Assembly: GCF_018977255.1 (NCBI RefSeq)
Contig: NW_024704742.1
Span: forward strand, 12,216,001 to 12,280,000
Direction: 5' to 3'
DNA length: 64,000 nucleotides
Origin: Callorhinchus milii
Lineage: Eukaryota
The position numbers and the translations under genes are program-made. The notes beneath the pieces are model-generated. The model did not search any database. It was not told the origin of the DNA and was given only the letters and a program-made list of their open reading frames with translations. Each line of letters starts with the position of its first letter. Positions within the stretch are counted from its first letter, which is position 1. Positions 1 through 14,000 of this stretch are shown here, one piece after another.

Positions 1-984
1 TATATTTGTCTACAAATATACAGTCAATAATCCTATTCTAATCCCTGATGGGGTCTGAGACATCTTGGTGACTTTCTAAGGTGCTATAACAAATGCAAGT
101 ATTAACCTTTATTTTGCAGGTGGCAGCCAATTTGCACACAGCAGCAGTGGTTGCATTTTAAGATGCCCATTGGTTTGCAGGAGATTAGTTCTGGTTGGAC
201 TGTTATCCTGTGCACATCAAATAAAAAATAAAAAATATCCTGACCCGAGTGATCAAAATATGAGTCAGTGACTCGTGTTAGATAAGTAACTTGTGAACTA
301 CGGAGCAAAAGTCATTACACAAGCTTCCTATAACACCAACTCACTTTTTGTGAAGGCCATGTTCATTACACAATACTGACTATTCCTTATCCAAGTCTGA
401 TCAACTTTATTTGTGTGAAACAGAGTTCTATTTATTACCATACATGTATTTTGTTTCAAAACAAGTAAATTTGATTTCGCGCTACATTTCCTTCCTTTAA
501 TAAAATGGTTCCAAAGGTGCTAGTTGACCTCCTCTGGTATTTTGTTGCTGCACCATTTGCCTTCTGTATTATTTTCTTTTATGCACCCAGGAGGACACCA
601 CAGTCACATTCTGTTTCATTCAAACACTGCACCTGAAAACAGGCCAGGAGATATTCACATTTGTTATCACCACAAGAAAAGTATGGTGAATTTCCCTCAG
701 GAAACCTATACAGGAAAATTGCTGACCAATGTAGTGGTAGTATATAATTGTTACACAATCTTTGCTGCAGTGCTGTTTCTCTTCTCATCTCCCTTTATGT
801 AACTTCTGCTGTTCTGTACAGCACTTCTTTGCCTCACTTTTGTATTTCTGCAATATTTAAATACCTTTCCATACCTTTCGGCTGCTTGTTCATTTGATCA
901 AAATATTGTGGGTTAGCAAAGGACTCGCACCTGGTCAGAAATCTCTGGAATTAATCTAGCCTGACACGCATAACAATATAAGAA

Positions 985-1230
985 ATACTAGACAAAAGAA
1001 AGACCAAGGTCCATCCAGTTTGCCTTTCACCTTCCTGGCGGTTGCGTGCACATACATCCCAAACTACCTTTATACTGTATCCCATAATGTTATTTCCTAA
1101 AAGAAAACTATCTAATATGTGTTTGAAGGAATCAACACTTCCTGCTTTATCCATCTCCCTAGGGAACCTGCTACAGGATCACTATTCACTCACTGAAATA
1201 GTGTTTCTGTAGATTCGTTCTGAATTTCAA
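985..1230 (-). mobile_element. Degenerate CR1 LINE 3' fragment
   Basis: Resembles the CR1 3' ORF2/UTR seen at 2220-2500. Confidence 0.55.
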
Positions 1231-1234
1231 TCAT

Positions 1235-1985
1235 AGGTAGGGGTAGGGGGTTAGGAGGTCGAAGAGGTAGGGGGAGTGAGGCCATGGAGGGCTTTGAAGG
1301 TGAGGATCAGGATTTTGAACTGTATCCTCTGTGCGATGGGAAGCCAGTAGAGTCGGGCGAGGATGGGAGTGATAGGGTCATAGAGCCTGGTGCGGGAGAG
1401 GACATAGGCTGCAGAGTTCTGGATGATTTGCAGCCTATGGAGGGAGGAGTTGGGGAGGCCAACAAACAAGGAATTTGCATAGTCAAGCCTGGATGTTATG
1501 AATGCGTGTATGAGGGTTTTGACAGCCTGTGGTGTGAGACAGTACTGGAGCCGGGCGATGTTGCGGAGGTGGGGGAAGGAGGAGCGGGTCATGGCACAGA
1601 TGTGGGGTAGAAAGGATAGTTAATAGTCAAAGAAGATGTTAAGGTTCCGGACTGGCTCAGTGAGGTGGAGTGTGCAACCATGGATGGTGATGCTGTCAGT
1701 GCCTGAGGTGAGGAGGCGCTGACGGGAGCCAATCAGGAGAGCCTCGGTCTTCTTGATGTTCAACTGAAGAAAGTTAGCTCTCATCCAGGACTTGATGTCT
1801 GACAGACATTCTGTCAGGACAGCAGTGGTCCTGGAGTCAAGGGTGGAGGCAGAGAAATAGAGTTGGGTGTCATCCATATACATGTGGAAGTTGAACCCAT
1901 GTCTGCGGATGATGTCACTGAGAGAGAGTATACAGATATTGAAGAGGAGGGGACAAGGACAGAGACCTGAGGAACACCGCATGAG
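1235..1985 (-). mobile_element. L2-clade LINE ORF2 fragment (RT C-terminus)
   Basis: Peptides [21 protein letters not shown] and SRLDYANSL..LYWLPI. Confidence 0.92.
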
Positions 1986-2219
1986 CAGAGAACTAGTTGA
2001 AACAGCCTGTCATGACCTAAATTTTCTAGCCCTTTTAGAAACTTAAAAATGGCAATCAAATTTCTTGTGCAGTGCCAGGCAAACATTGCAATGCTGGAAG
2101 TTCCAATGCTGAGATGAGATTTTAAATCCACGTATCTGCCATTTCTTCAAGCAGACATTGAAGATTACATGGCACAAAAGAGAAATTAGTTTTTCTCCTC
2201 GCAACATTTCTCCAATTGA

Positions 2220-3170
2220 TTCATAGAATCATGCAGCACAGAAAGAGGCCATTCAGCCCATCATGTCTACGCCAGCTCCAAAAAAGCAATCCAACTCAAT
2301 CCCACTGGCCCGCTTTCTCTCCATAGTCCTGCAATCCTGTCCTCCCCAAATACCTGTCTATTTCTCTCTTAAAAGTTGTTATTGAATCGGCTTCCACTAC
2401 GCTTTCAGGTAATGCATTCCAGATCCCAACAACCCACTGCGTGAAAACATTTTTTCCCAACCTCCCCTCTGTTTCTTTTAACAACTAACTTAAATCGGTG
2501 TCCTCGGGTTACTGACCCACATGTCAGTGGAAATAGCATTTCCCGGTTCAACCTATCAAATCCTCTCATGATCCTGAAAACCTCTATTGAATCCCCTCTT
2601 AATCTTCTCTGCTGTAGGGAGAATAATCCTAGTTTTGCCAACCTCTCCTCATAACTGTCCTTCATTCCTGGTACCGTCCTGGTAAACCTCCTTTGCACCC
2701 TCTCCAATGCCCTAACATCTTTCCTAATGTGCGGTGCCCAGAACTGAACGCAGTACTCCAACTGAGGCCTAACCAGCATTTTATAAATATTCAACATAAC
2801 CTCCTGACTTGTATTCTATGCCCCTATTTATAAAACCTAGTATCCCGTGTGCTTTTTTAACAGCTTTATCTACCTGTCCTGCCATCTTCAGAGATTTGCT
2901 TATGTGGCCCCCAGGTCTCTCTGTTCATTTGCCCTCTTTAAGATGTACCATCAGTTTATACTGCCTCTCCTCATTCTTCCTACCAAATGTCTCCACATTA
3001 AACCTCATCTGCCACTTTTCTGCCCATTTTACCAATCTGTCTAAGTCCTCTTGGAGTCTGATGCTTTCCTCCTCACCATTAACTACTTTTCCTAGCTTAG
3101 TATTGTCTAGCTTAGTATTGTCTGGAAATTGTGCTCCCTATATCCAGGTCCAGATCATTAATATAGATCA
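2220..3170 (-). mobile_element. CR1 LINE 3' fragment
   Basis: Peptides YKMLVRPQLEYCVQFWAP..LERVQRRFTR and TRGH.FKL, with an (ATTCTATG)-type tail at about 2220. Confidence 0.92.
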
Positions 3171-5841
3171 GATCATTCCTTCCCAATGCTTTGTGTTGTG
3201 GGACACCGCTCTGTGCAAAATGGCTGTCATGATGTGGAGTTTCTTTTGGCAACTGGTACAGCATCTCAAGTGTAACCTGTCCTGTTCATAGAATTATAGA
3301 GCACACAAGGAGGCCATTCAGCCCATCGTGTCTGTGCCGGCTCTTTTAAAAGAGCTTCCAAATCAAATCCATTCTCTCCCCACAGCCCTGCAAACTTGTC
3401 CTCCATAAATTCCTCCCCATTTGTCCTCCCCATAATCCCCTGTTGATTATGCTTCAGTAAGCATGCCACATTTAGATGAGTGGGCTGTTTCCCATAAAAG
3501 GTGGGGGGAGAAAGACTGGTATATGTGCTGTGTATTCCCATCTTTGTTTAGTTCATAATTGACTTACCAGAGTTGAGGGATTATTCCTTCAAAATGTACT
3601 TTTGAGTTTATGTTCACCCGAGAGACTCCTTAACCAATGCAAGAACTCAGGTAGAAGACAACTTGCAGTTATTAATGTATGAGCCTGACAAATTACCGAC
3701 AACATCAAATCTTGGAAAGCTGTCAATTTCCATGCCTGCTTTCAGTGTTGACACGTTCACTGTTCTGGGAGGAAATACTGTTGTGCTTTGCATTGTTTCT
3801 ACCTAAACATTGGTTCTGTTTCAGTGTATTTCAGCCACTCAAATCAGAGCAGCTGAAACCTTGAATCACTTACTCTACCTACAGCAATAATTATTTTGCA
3901 CTCATCTAGAACCAAGTTAGGCGAAAGTTCTAACGATATAAATTCTAATTTATTTTTAAATCAGGATGTGAATGCTCTATTTATAGCTTGATGAGGGAGC
4001 CATAAATTTTTATTTCTTTTAGTAGTTGCACTTTGTATTATTTTACGTGTTTCTACCTCAAGACATGGAACAAAAGGGTTATTGTAGTTTAGTAATGCAG
4101 TGCATTCAGTTTCAATTATTGATAAACCATGATTTTAATTCTGTAGTACATTTTGTAGAGAACTTTATAAGAGGCTTATTAAATTATCTTGACCTTTTCC
4201 AATAGTTCTCATGTATTCTGTAAAATACAGAGTTTATTGAACTTTTGAGGAAGTCTCTGATAAATCATTCAAAACTGTCACTGACAAGGTTCCATTGGAA
4301 TGAAACAAATTCTGTACTCTCCAGGTCTCTGTCAATTCCCTTTCCACCTTTAAAGGGCTAGATTCTATGAATACAGTACATATTTGTTTATCTATTTTAT
4401 ATAAGTTAATTACTGGGGCTTGAAATCATTTGCACTCGGTTCTAACTCTGTCAGAACTGTAGTTGAGGAGCAATTTACAATTTGTCTTTTGAGATTAAGA
4501 CGTAAAAATTCGAAGTGCTCCAAAGTCCATTTTGGGTGTTTCTATGAAGGCAGTGTCATAAATTTCTTCAGTGCCATAAAAAAAATAAATGATGAGTTAT
4601 AGCATTGAATAACCTTCTCATTAACTGCACAGCGTTGGACATTTTGATTTGACGCAAGTACATGTTAGGCAAGCGCTGTTCTTGTAAATATGGATCAAAG
4701 GGCTCTGTTCTGCACCCCAGAGCATTATGCAGCAGATTAACTGAAATGTATAACAAAAAGCAAAGGTAGCAATTGCTAAAACTTGGTATTGACTTTTAAT
4801 TTCTCTAGAACATCTTATAGCATACAGTATTTCAAAGCTAGTTGCTGTTAAATCACAGTAGCCCATATTCATGCTAGTTTCCTGATTTAGGATAAAATAA
4901 ACAAATTAAAGAGGATAAGTCAGCACTCTGTTAACGACAATATAATCTTTCTACTACTGAAGTAACTGGGTATCAATGTAGCACACTATCTTTGACAGCC
5001 AAGTACAGCGATGACTGTAAATTAAGGTGTGTTATGCTTGGTTTAATAATCTGGTGGGTCATAACAATAATAATAATAATAATCCTTGCATTTAATATAG
5101 CACCTTTGAGATGTCTCAAAGTGCTTCACAGAATATACTATAAAGTGAATTGACTGTATATTTGTTGGCGAATCGCAGTAGCCAATTGCACACAGCAGTG
5201 TCCCACAAACTAGTCGTAGATTGATTGACCACATTTTTAAAAAAAAATTTACTCTCAGGTGGGTCATCTCCACTAAGGATCCCACAAAGTTATCTGGCTG
5301 GCTGAGGGCTTTCAGTCACAGCAAGAGCAAGGATATATTCTTCACCACTACACTTTTCTATAAATCAATTTGTGTATTTTTATAATACAAGCAATATATA
5401 CATTCTGTGTTCTAGCACTGAGGTTATGTTGCCAGGGGATGATGAACTATAGCAATTATTTCATATTTATGAGCAAACAAGTCACAAGCACTGCAGGAGA
5501 AGTGAAATATGATGTGTAGAATATCTATACAATGACTGGCATTGAATAGATATTGGGAAACAATATTTCCCTAAAATAGTACCAGCGCAATCCCAATTGC
5601 TTTGTTTCATTCATCAGCTAGTTTCACTAATAAATGCAAATAAGTTGGCCTCCAATCAGCTCACCATTTATGACATTTAGAATTCTGGTCTTTACCTTAG
5701 GATTTGTTTGCATCTGGTTCACATCCTTGCCTTTAGCAGAGGAGAGCCAGACCATCTGCAACTGAAAAATATTTCTTCTTCAAATTGTGAGCTGTCATGA
5801 TTTTGTATATTTATCTAATTTCAGCTTACTATACAGGACAA

Positions 5842-6235
5842 AGTCCTGTAGCTCAGTGGTTAGAGCACTCGCCTCAGAAGCAAAGAGAACCTGGGTTTAA
5901 TTCCCAGTAGGTCAAAACATTAGGCAAGTTTCCTTACTGCACACACCTGTGTTTACCTAGCAGTAAGTAAGGAACCTGGTTGTTAGTCGATTGTCAAATC
6001 ACTTTTACGGGAGTAATAATCCCTTCCAAAATGCTTTTTAAAAAACTAATAATAATAATTTGGTCACTCAATCCATGACTCTTTCTGGAGCACTGCTGTG
6101 TGCAATTGGCTGCCGCATTTCGCCCACAAAATATACAATAATTCACTTTACAGTTTATTCTATGAAGAGCTTTGAGACGTCTTGAAGACGTGATAAGACG
6201 GTATATCAAATGTATGTATAATATAATAATTATCA
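5842..6235 (+). mobile_element. tRNA-head SINE with L2-like tail (long form)
   Basis: Head GTCCTGTAGCTCAGTGGTTAGAGCAC with A/B boxes and the conserved tail. Partial copies at 5060-5240(-), 6462-6555, 6678-6920, 8655-8918 and 9270-9375. Confidence 0.88.
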
Positions 6236-7184
6236 TCAAACGTAGTCTGCTTATGTACTACTTTCAGCTATATCTAAGGCCACTCCTTGTAATGCATAGT
6301 TCATTAGTGTACTTAACATTTGGTTGTCATTTTTCTCTTATTTAAACTATTTATAAGTAAAGCAATTCATAACAAAAGATTGCAATTTAATCATAAATCA
6401 ATATTCGTCACAAATATCAAATCTATTTTCCCCCACAATCTGGGGGATTGTGGGGGAAAATAGTCAATTCACGTTACAGTATATTCTGTGAAGCGCTTTG
6501 AGACTTCTCAACGACGTGATGAGGCGCTATATCAAATGCAAGGATTATTATTCATTTATTTTATTATGTATTATCTGCATTGTTATTTCCAAGCTATCTT
6601 CTGCAAGAATAAAGTAATGTTACAGTGACAATCTGGCAAGTATAACTTAACATCCCAAAAAGGTCAAATTATTGTATTGATTCCCGGCAGGGTGAAACTT
6701 GGGCAAGTTTCCTTACTCCACATGCCTGATAATAATCCCTCAAGCAAAGAACAACAATAATAATGTGTTTATTTCAATCCACGACTGTGGGACACAATTG
6801 GCTGCCGCATTTCGCCCACAAAATATACAGTCAATTCACGTGACAGTATATTCTGTGTAGCTCTTTGAGACATCTTGAAGATGTGATAAGGTGCTATATC
6901 AAATGCAAGGATGGCTATTATAGTAAATTGAAAAAAAAGATATTTTTCTTTCCTTGTTTATCAGTTTCACTGTTTTAGTTGTCGAAGGTACAGTATATTC
7001 TGGTTATATTCAATAAACACGTCATTAAAAAATCATTGGGGATGATTCTCTGTACATGTACATGACTACAATTACAATGTGATTACGATTGCTCCAGAAC
7101 CCTATCCCACACAAACGAACTATATAAATGCCATCTGTTATTGTACAAATGAATCACTCACATCCCACTCCACTCCCTGCTGCC

Positions 7185-7862
7185 TACATTCAGCTGGCTC
7201 GGGTCTTCTATGCGTCCCTCATCCCTACTGGTGACTGCTTTCAGCCACTATGCCTGAAACTCTGGAACTCCCTGCCTCAATGCATCTGTCTTGCCCCCTC
7301 CTTGCCTGTCTTCAAATCACCCCTGTCGACTTTTCTCTTGAACCGTGCCTTCGGTCACCTCCCCTCTCTTTCCAGCTTGGCTCAAACCACGCCGCTGTTT
7401 TATGCTATGAAAAGCCTGTAAAGAGGCTATATAAACACAAGTTATTATTGTTGCATTTCTAAACCTTTTAACAACAACAAGGTTCCATTTATAGAGCGCC
7501 TTTCACGTCGGGAGGACGTCCCAAGGCGCTGTACAGTTGGGTCAGGACCCGAGCAGGGGGGAAATGGTCAGGGTGAGGGAAGGGAGGGAGCGAGGAGGGG
7601 GTAGAGAGTTGAGAGAGGAGCTGAAGGCACGATCAAAGAGAAAGGTCTTGAGACCGGCCTTGAAGGAGGAAAGGGAGGAGGCGGCGAAGGCACTGGGGGA
7701 TAGAGTTCCAGAGCCTGGGGGCTGAGAGGCTGAAGGCCCGGCCACCGATGGTAGGGCGGTTGGGGCGGGGGATGTGGAGCAGACCGGAGCCAGAGGAACG
7801 GAGGGTACGGGCAGGTAGGTAGGGGGATAGTAGGTCAGAGAGGTAGGAGGGAGGGAGTAATT
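7185..7862. mobile_element. Two tail-to-tail L2 3' ends (7185-7455 on +, young copy 7470-7862 on -)
   Basis: APRLWNS.P motif, 3' stem-loop GGGACGTCCTCCCGACGTGAAAGGCGC and (TTG)n tail. Confidence 0.88.
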
Positions 7863-8299
7863 TCATGTCTAGAAATCTATAGCCCTTGTTGTATATTGTA
7901 CCGACTCTGTACCTGTAAATGTATTTAAAAACAGATTTTGAAATTTACTTCTAATAATGCAGTTTAATGAACAGCAAATGATTAAATGTGACTTTAATGC
8001 ATTATTTTAATTCAATTTCAATTCTGCTAACAGAATTGTTACAATTATTTCAATCTAGCTGATTCATTTCCATTTAGTATTTTTACCATAATATACAAAA
8101 TTCTCATAATTAGTGATTCTCTGATTTCTGGTAAACGTACAGAAGTTAGCGCAGTGAGATTCTCATAGAATCTACTGCTAGTTGCAGACTCAGCTCCATA
8201 GCCATCTATTATTGTAAACTCAAATGTTTTAATGCCGTAAAGTGTAAGTAATACATTAATTACTTCTCTTCCAGCCCCCCACAGTCTTGTGTGAGCAGA

Positions 8300-8640
8300 G
8301 CCTCAGGGCTCTGTCCTTGGCCCCCTCCTCTACATGCTCTCCCTTGGTGACATCATCTGCAGATATGGGGTCAACTTCCACATGTTCGTGGATGACACTC
8401 AAGTCTATCTTTCTACCTCCACCCTCGACTCCAGGACCACTGACGGTCTGAATAGAATGTCTGTCAGACATCAAGTCCTGGATGAGAGCTAACTTTCTAC
8501 AACTGAATGTTAGGAAGACCGAGGCTCTCTTGATTGGCTCGCACCAGCGACTCCGCACCTCAGGCACTGGCAGTATCAGCATCCCCAGATGCACAGTCCA
8601 CCTCACCATGACAGTCAGGAACCTGGGCATCTTGTTCAAT
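8300..8640 (+). mobile_element. L2 RT fragment
   Basis: Matches the PQGSVLGP / DDTQ / [10 protein letters not shown] region of other copies. Confidence 0.85.
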
Positions 8641-10734
8641 AGAAGTTTTTAATAGTGAGAGAACTGGATTCGATTCCCGGCAGGGTGAAACTTGGGCAAG
8701 TTTCCGTACTCCACATGCCTGATAATAATCCCCACACAAAAAAAGAATAAATTGATCATTTCAATCCACGACTGTTTGTGGGACACTGCTGTGCGCAATT
8801 GGCTGCCGCATTTCGCCCACTAATATATTGTCAGTTCACTTTAGTCTTTTCTGTGAAGCGCTTTGAGACGTCTAGAAGATGTGAAAAGCGCTATATCAAT
8901 TACAAGGATTATTATTACAGCCCCTTATATCAGCAAGACATCTCAAAGCACTTCACAGGATTCACTATAAAATACTTTGTATTACAATCTTTGTAATGGA
9001 CAAAGCAGATGAAGCTGACATCTTGTTTTTGCCTATCACTGAGGTTTCTGTAGATGCCTGTTCTACTTAAATCTACGGTAGATTCAGCATAAAGGATACA
9101 AATGTGGTCTGGAGAGATAGTTCACAAGCCAATGGTATCTTTTACTGTATATATTTTTGTTAATATCTGAGTTCCCTTGATGGAAAACACTAGGCCATCT
9201 GTTGGCTGTGATTAACGACTTTTGCTTTCAAGTCTTGGGCAATTCAAGTATGTTAAGGATAATAAATATTTTCACCCACAAATATAGTCAATTCACTTTA
9301 CAGTGTGTTCTGTGCTTTGGGACGTCCTCCCGACATGAAAAGCGCTATATCAAATGCAAGGATTATTATTATTACTTTGATCTTGTTTCACAATTTTGAT
9401 GCTGAGCCCATTCACTTCCTCTGTTCATTGCACCTGATGTCCTGAAGTGTTTGAAAAGTGGAATGTGACTTAACTTGTGGCCCTAGTTTGGCAATTATAC
9501 AGTTTAAACATATTGAACACACATCTAAGTAGCATTTAAGTCTCAAGATGGATGTAATTGGACTTTTGTCTGTCTGCAACCATTTTGTCTGTATGCTTCC
9601 TACAGCTAACGTAACGTGATATGGCATGGAAACGGATGATATGGTTCAACTAGTTTGTGCCAGTTTATACTCCACATGATCCCGCACGTCTCCTATTCCT
9701 CTCTCCTTTCTCCCCTCTATTCCCTTTTATCTAATTTTTGCATCACATTTTCTCTCAAGTACATTGATGCTTTTTGGCTTCAACCATGGCTTACGGCAGT
9801 GAGACTTTAAACCGATGTTCTGTCTGCCTGAGCAGATGGGTGGCAAAGATCTTATGGCACTATTTGAAAAGTTTCTCACTCCCAGTGTCCTGGCCAACAT
9901 TTCTCCAGATAAAATTGTTCATTCACTTCATGGCTGTTTGTGGGACATTTTTAAACTCAAATTACCCCACCCCCCCGCTTTCACCTACAAAATACAGTCA
10001 TTGCTCTTCACAGTGCATCCTGTGAAGTGCTTTGAAATGATTTCCTGATGTGATGGGTGCTATATCAATTGTAAAGATTAATCTCATTATTTTTGAGTTT
10101 CACATTCCACAATCCAAACTCAATGTTTCAGAGTGACAACAACGCTAGAAATATATTTCAACTAGTGCCTGCTAGTTGGTGTTGATAGATAATAAACTGC
10201 AGCTTTTGATCTTGGTGGTGATCACTGCAGTCTACAAGATACTTGCAAGTAACTTTGATATTGTAATAATGGCTTCTGCTTTCAATTTCAAACACTCATT
10301 GTTTCTGTTGTCCCTGAGGCATATGTTACTGGTATGGGTCTGAACAATAGTAAATAATTGTAAAGTGCTTTTGTTTTGTATTTTAAATCATAAAAGAACA
10401 GCAGAAACTTCCCCATTAACATTTTCAGCACAGATGGTTTCATGAACTTATATGTATTGTTTTTTTTCTTGGCCTCTTAAACTGTTCCTTTTATACTTTG
10501 CAAGTAATAGTGAGCGCCAACAATAATTGCGCCTGCTTCTCAGTTACTCAATTTTCTACCACCAGCTTTAACCATTGGATTTGGATTTTAAAATGTCCAT
10601 GAAAAGAAGACAAGAATTGCATCAACGTATTGAAAAACTGGACTTAACCACTTTCCAAGCCAATTTTGTGGCATTACTATTCTCCTTTTAATCCTGGTAT
10701 TAGTCGTGCTTCTGCCCTATCGCTTAAAATTCAT

Positions 10735-11040
10735 TGGCTCAGTTAGAAGCACTCTTGCCTTGGAATAAGAAGGTTATGGGTTCAAGCTCCACATCAGGAC
10801 TCGGAACCCATATAGTCCAGGCTGACACTCCAGTGCAGTGCTGGGGATGTGCTGCATTGTTGGAGGTGTCGACCTTCGGATGAGACTTTAAACCAATGTT
10901 CCGTCTGCCTGTCAGGTGGATGGCAAAGATCGCGTGGCACTGTTTGAAAAGTGAAGGGAATTTCTTAATCCGAGTGTCCGAGCCAACACTCCCCAGAGAA
11001 AATTGTTAATTCACTTCATGGCTGTTTGTGGGACATTTTG
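10735..11040 (+). mobile_element. Ancient DeuSINE-like element (SacSINE1/AmnSINE1 type), truncated by the CA repeat
   Basis: Core GGCTGACACTCCAGTGCAGTGCTG..GTGCTGCATTGTTGGAGGTG..GGATGAGAC. Related copies at about 9798-10090, 19325-19660 and 58575-58870. Confidence 0.7.
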
Positions 11041-11062
11041 TACCTCCACAAACACCTACCGC

Positions 11063-11094
<32 letters not shown>

Positions 11095-14000
11095 CCTCCA
11101 CACACACACGCACCCACCTATCTTCACACACACTCACTCACCTACCTCCACACACACATACTCACTCACCTACCTCCACGTACCCACCCACTTAACTACA
11201 CACACACATGGCCGCCCACCCAACTACCTCCACAAACACGCCCGCCCACCTAACTTCACACACGCACGCCCATCCACCTACCTCCACACACACACACCCA
11301 CCTACCTACACGCACACACACAAACACACCTATAATAATAATAATCCTTGCATTTGATATAGCGCTTTTCACGTCGGGAGGACGTCCCAAAGCGCTTCAC
11401 AGAACACACTGTAAAGTGAATTGACTGTATATTTGTGGGCGAACGCGGCAGCCAATTGCGCACAGCAATGTCCCACAAACAGTCGTAGATTGAAAATGAC
11501 CAATTTATTATTGTTTTTGGTTTTGGAGGGATTATTATTAGGCGTGTGGAGTAAGGAAACTTGCCCAAGGTTTCACCCTGCCTGGAATTGAACTCAGGTC
11601 TCTCACTTGCAAAGCGAGTGCTCTAACCAATGAGCTACAGGACTCCACAGTCCTCCAAACACACACACCAACCTACCTTCACACACACACTCACTCATCT
11701 ACCTCCACACAGCCACCCACCTACCTCCACACACACACACCTATCCACCCACTTACCTCCACACACACACACGGCCATCCAGCTACCTCCACACACACAC
11801 ACCCACCTACCTCCACACACACACACACACACCCACCTACTTCCACACACACCCACCCACCTACCTCCACACACACGCCCACCTACCTACCTCCACACAC
11901 ACACACCCACCGACCTACCTCCACACGTACACACCTACACACACACTCACTCACCTACTCCACACCCACCTACCTCCACACCCACCCACCAAACTCCACT
12001 CACCCACCCAACTGCAAACTCCACACACACAGACCCACCCACCTACCTCCACACACACACACCCACCCAACCATCTACCTCAACACACCCACTCACCCAC
12101 CTCCACACACCCACCCACCCACCTCCATACACATATACCCACCCAACCACCCACACACACACACCCACACACCCAAACCATCTACCTCAACACACCCACT
12201 CACCCACGCACCTCCAATCACACACACACATTCACTCACACACCTACCTCCACACACACACACACGCCCACCCACCTACCTCCACAAACACATGCCCACC
12301 CACCGAGCTCGACACACACACGCCCGGCCACCTAACTTCACACACGCCCACCCACCTACCTCCATACACATATACCCACCCACCTACCTCCACACACCCA
12401 CCTACCTCCACACACACCCACCCACCTACCTCCACACACACGCCTACCTCCACACACACACACACCTACCTCCACACACACAGACCTTCCTCCACACACA
12501 CCCACCCATCTACCTCAACACACCCACTCACCCACCTCCACACACCCACCCACCCACCTCCATACACATATACCCACCCAACCACCCACACACACACACC
12601 CACACACCCAAACCATCTACCTCAACACACCCACTCACCCACGCACCTCCAATCACACACACACATTCACTCACACACCTACCTCCACACACACACACGC
12701 CCACCCACCTACCTCCACACACACATGCCCACCCACCGAGCTCGACACACACACGCCCGGCCACCTAACTTCACACACGCCCACCCACCTACCTCCATAC
12801 ATATATACACACCCACCTACCTCCACACACCCACCTACCTCCACACACACCCACCCACCTACCTCCACACACACGCCTACCTCCACACACACCCACCCAC
12901 CTACCTCCACACACACGCCTACCTCCACACACACACACCTACCTCCACACACACACACACCTACCTCCACACACAGACCTTCCTCCACACACACCCACCC
13001 ATCTACCTCCACACACCCACACCCACCTACCTCCACACACACACACAGACACACGCCCATCTACCCACCTCCACACCCACCCACCTCCACACACACACCC
13101 ACCCACTCACCTCCACACACACCCACACACCTACATCCACACACACACAAGCTCACCAACCCACCCACCCACCTACCTCCACACACACACACACCCACCT
13201 ACCTCCACACACACACACACATACCTACCTACCTCCACACACACACACCTACCTCCACACACACACACACCCACCCACCTACCTCCACACACACACACAT
13301 ACCTACCTACCTCCACACACACACACCTACCTCCACACACACACACCTACCTCCACACACACAGACCTACCTCCACACACACAGACCTACCTCCACACAC
13401 CCACACCCACCCACCTCCACACACACACACACCCACTCACCTCCACACATACACCCACTCACCTCCACACACACACACCCACACACCTACATCCACACAC
13501 ACACACACACACGCTCACCAACCCACCCACCTACGTACCTCCACACACACACACACCCACCTACCTACCTACCTCCACACACACCCACCCACCTACCTCC
13601 ACACACACACCCACCCACCTACCTCCACACACACACACATACCCACCTACCTCCACACACACATCTACCTCCACACACACACACCCACCTACCTCCATAC
13701 ACACACACTCACCTCCACACACACCCACCCACCTACCTCCATACACATATACCCACCCAACCACCTCCACCCACACACACACACCTACCTCCACACACAC
13801 ACCCAACCATCTACCTCAACACACCCACTCACCCACGCACCTCCAAACGCACACTCACCCACGCACCTCCAATCACACACACACATTCACTCACACACCT
13901 ACCTCCACACACACACACGCCCACCCACCTACCTCCACACACACATGCCCACCCACCGAGCTCGACACACACACGCCCGGCCACCTAACTTCACACACGC

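Noticed and set aside
524..802. Overlapping short ORFs and possible exons of a neighbouring gene
   Set aside because: No recognisable homology or consistent splice structure.
11302..11568. Recurring ORF MGKFPYST...KCKDYYY (also 36634, 46965, 58974)
   Set aside because: Translation of non-coding young SINE copies.
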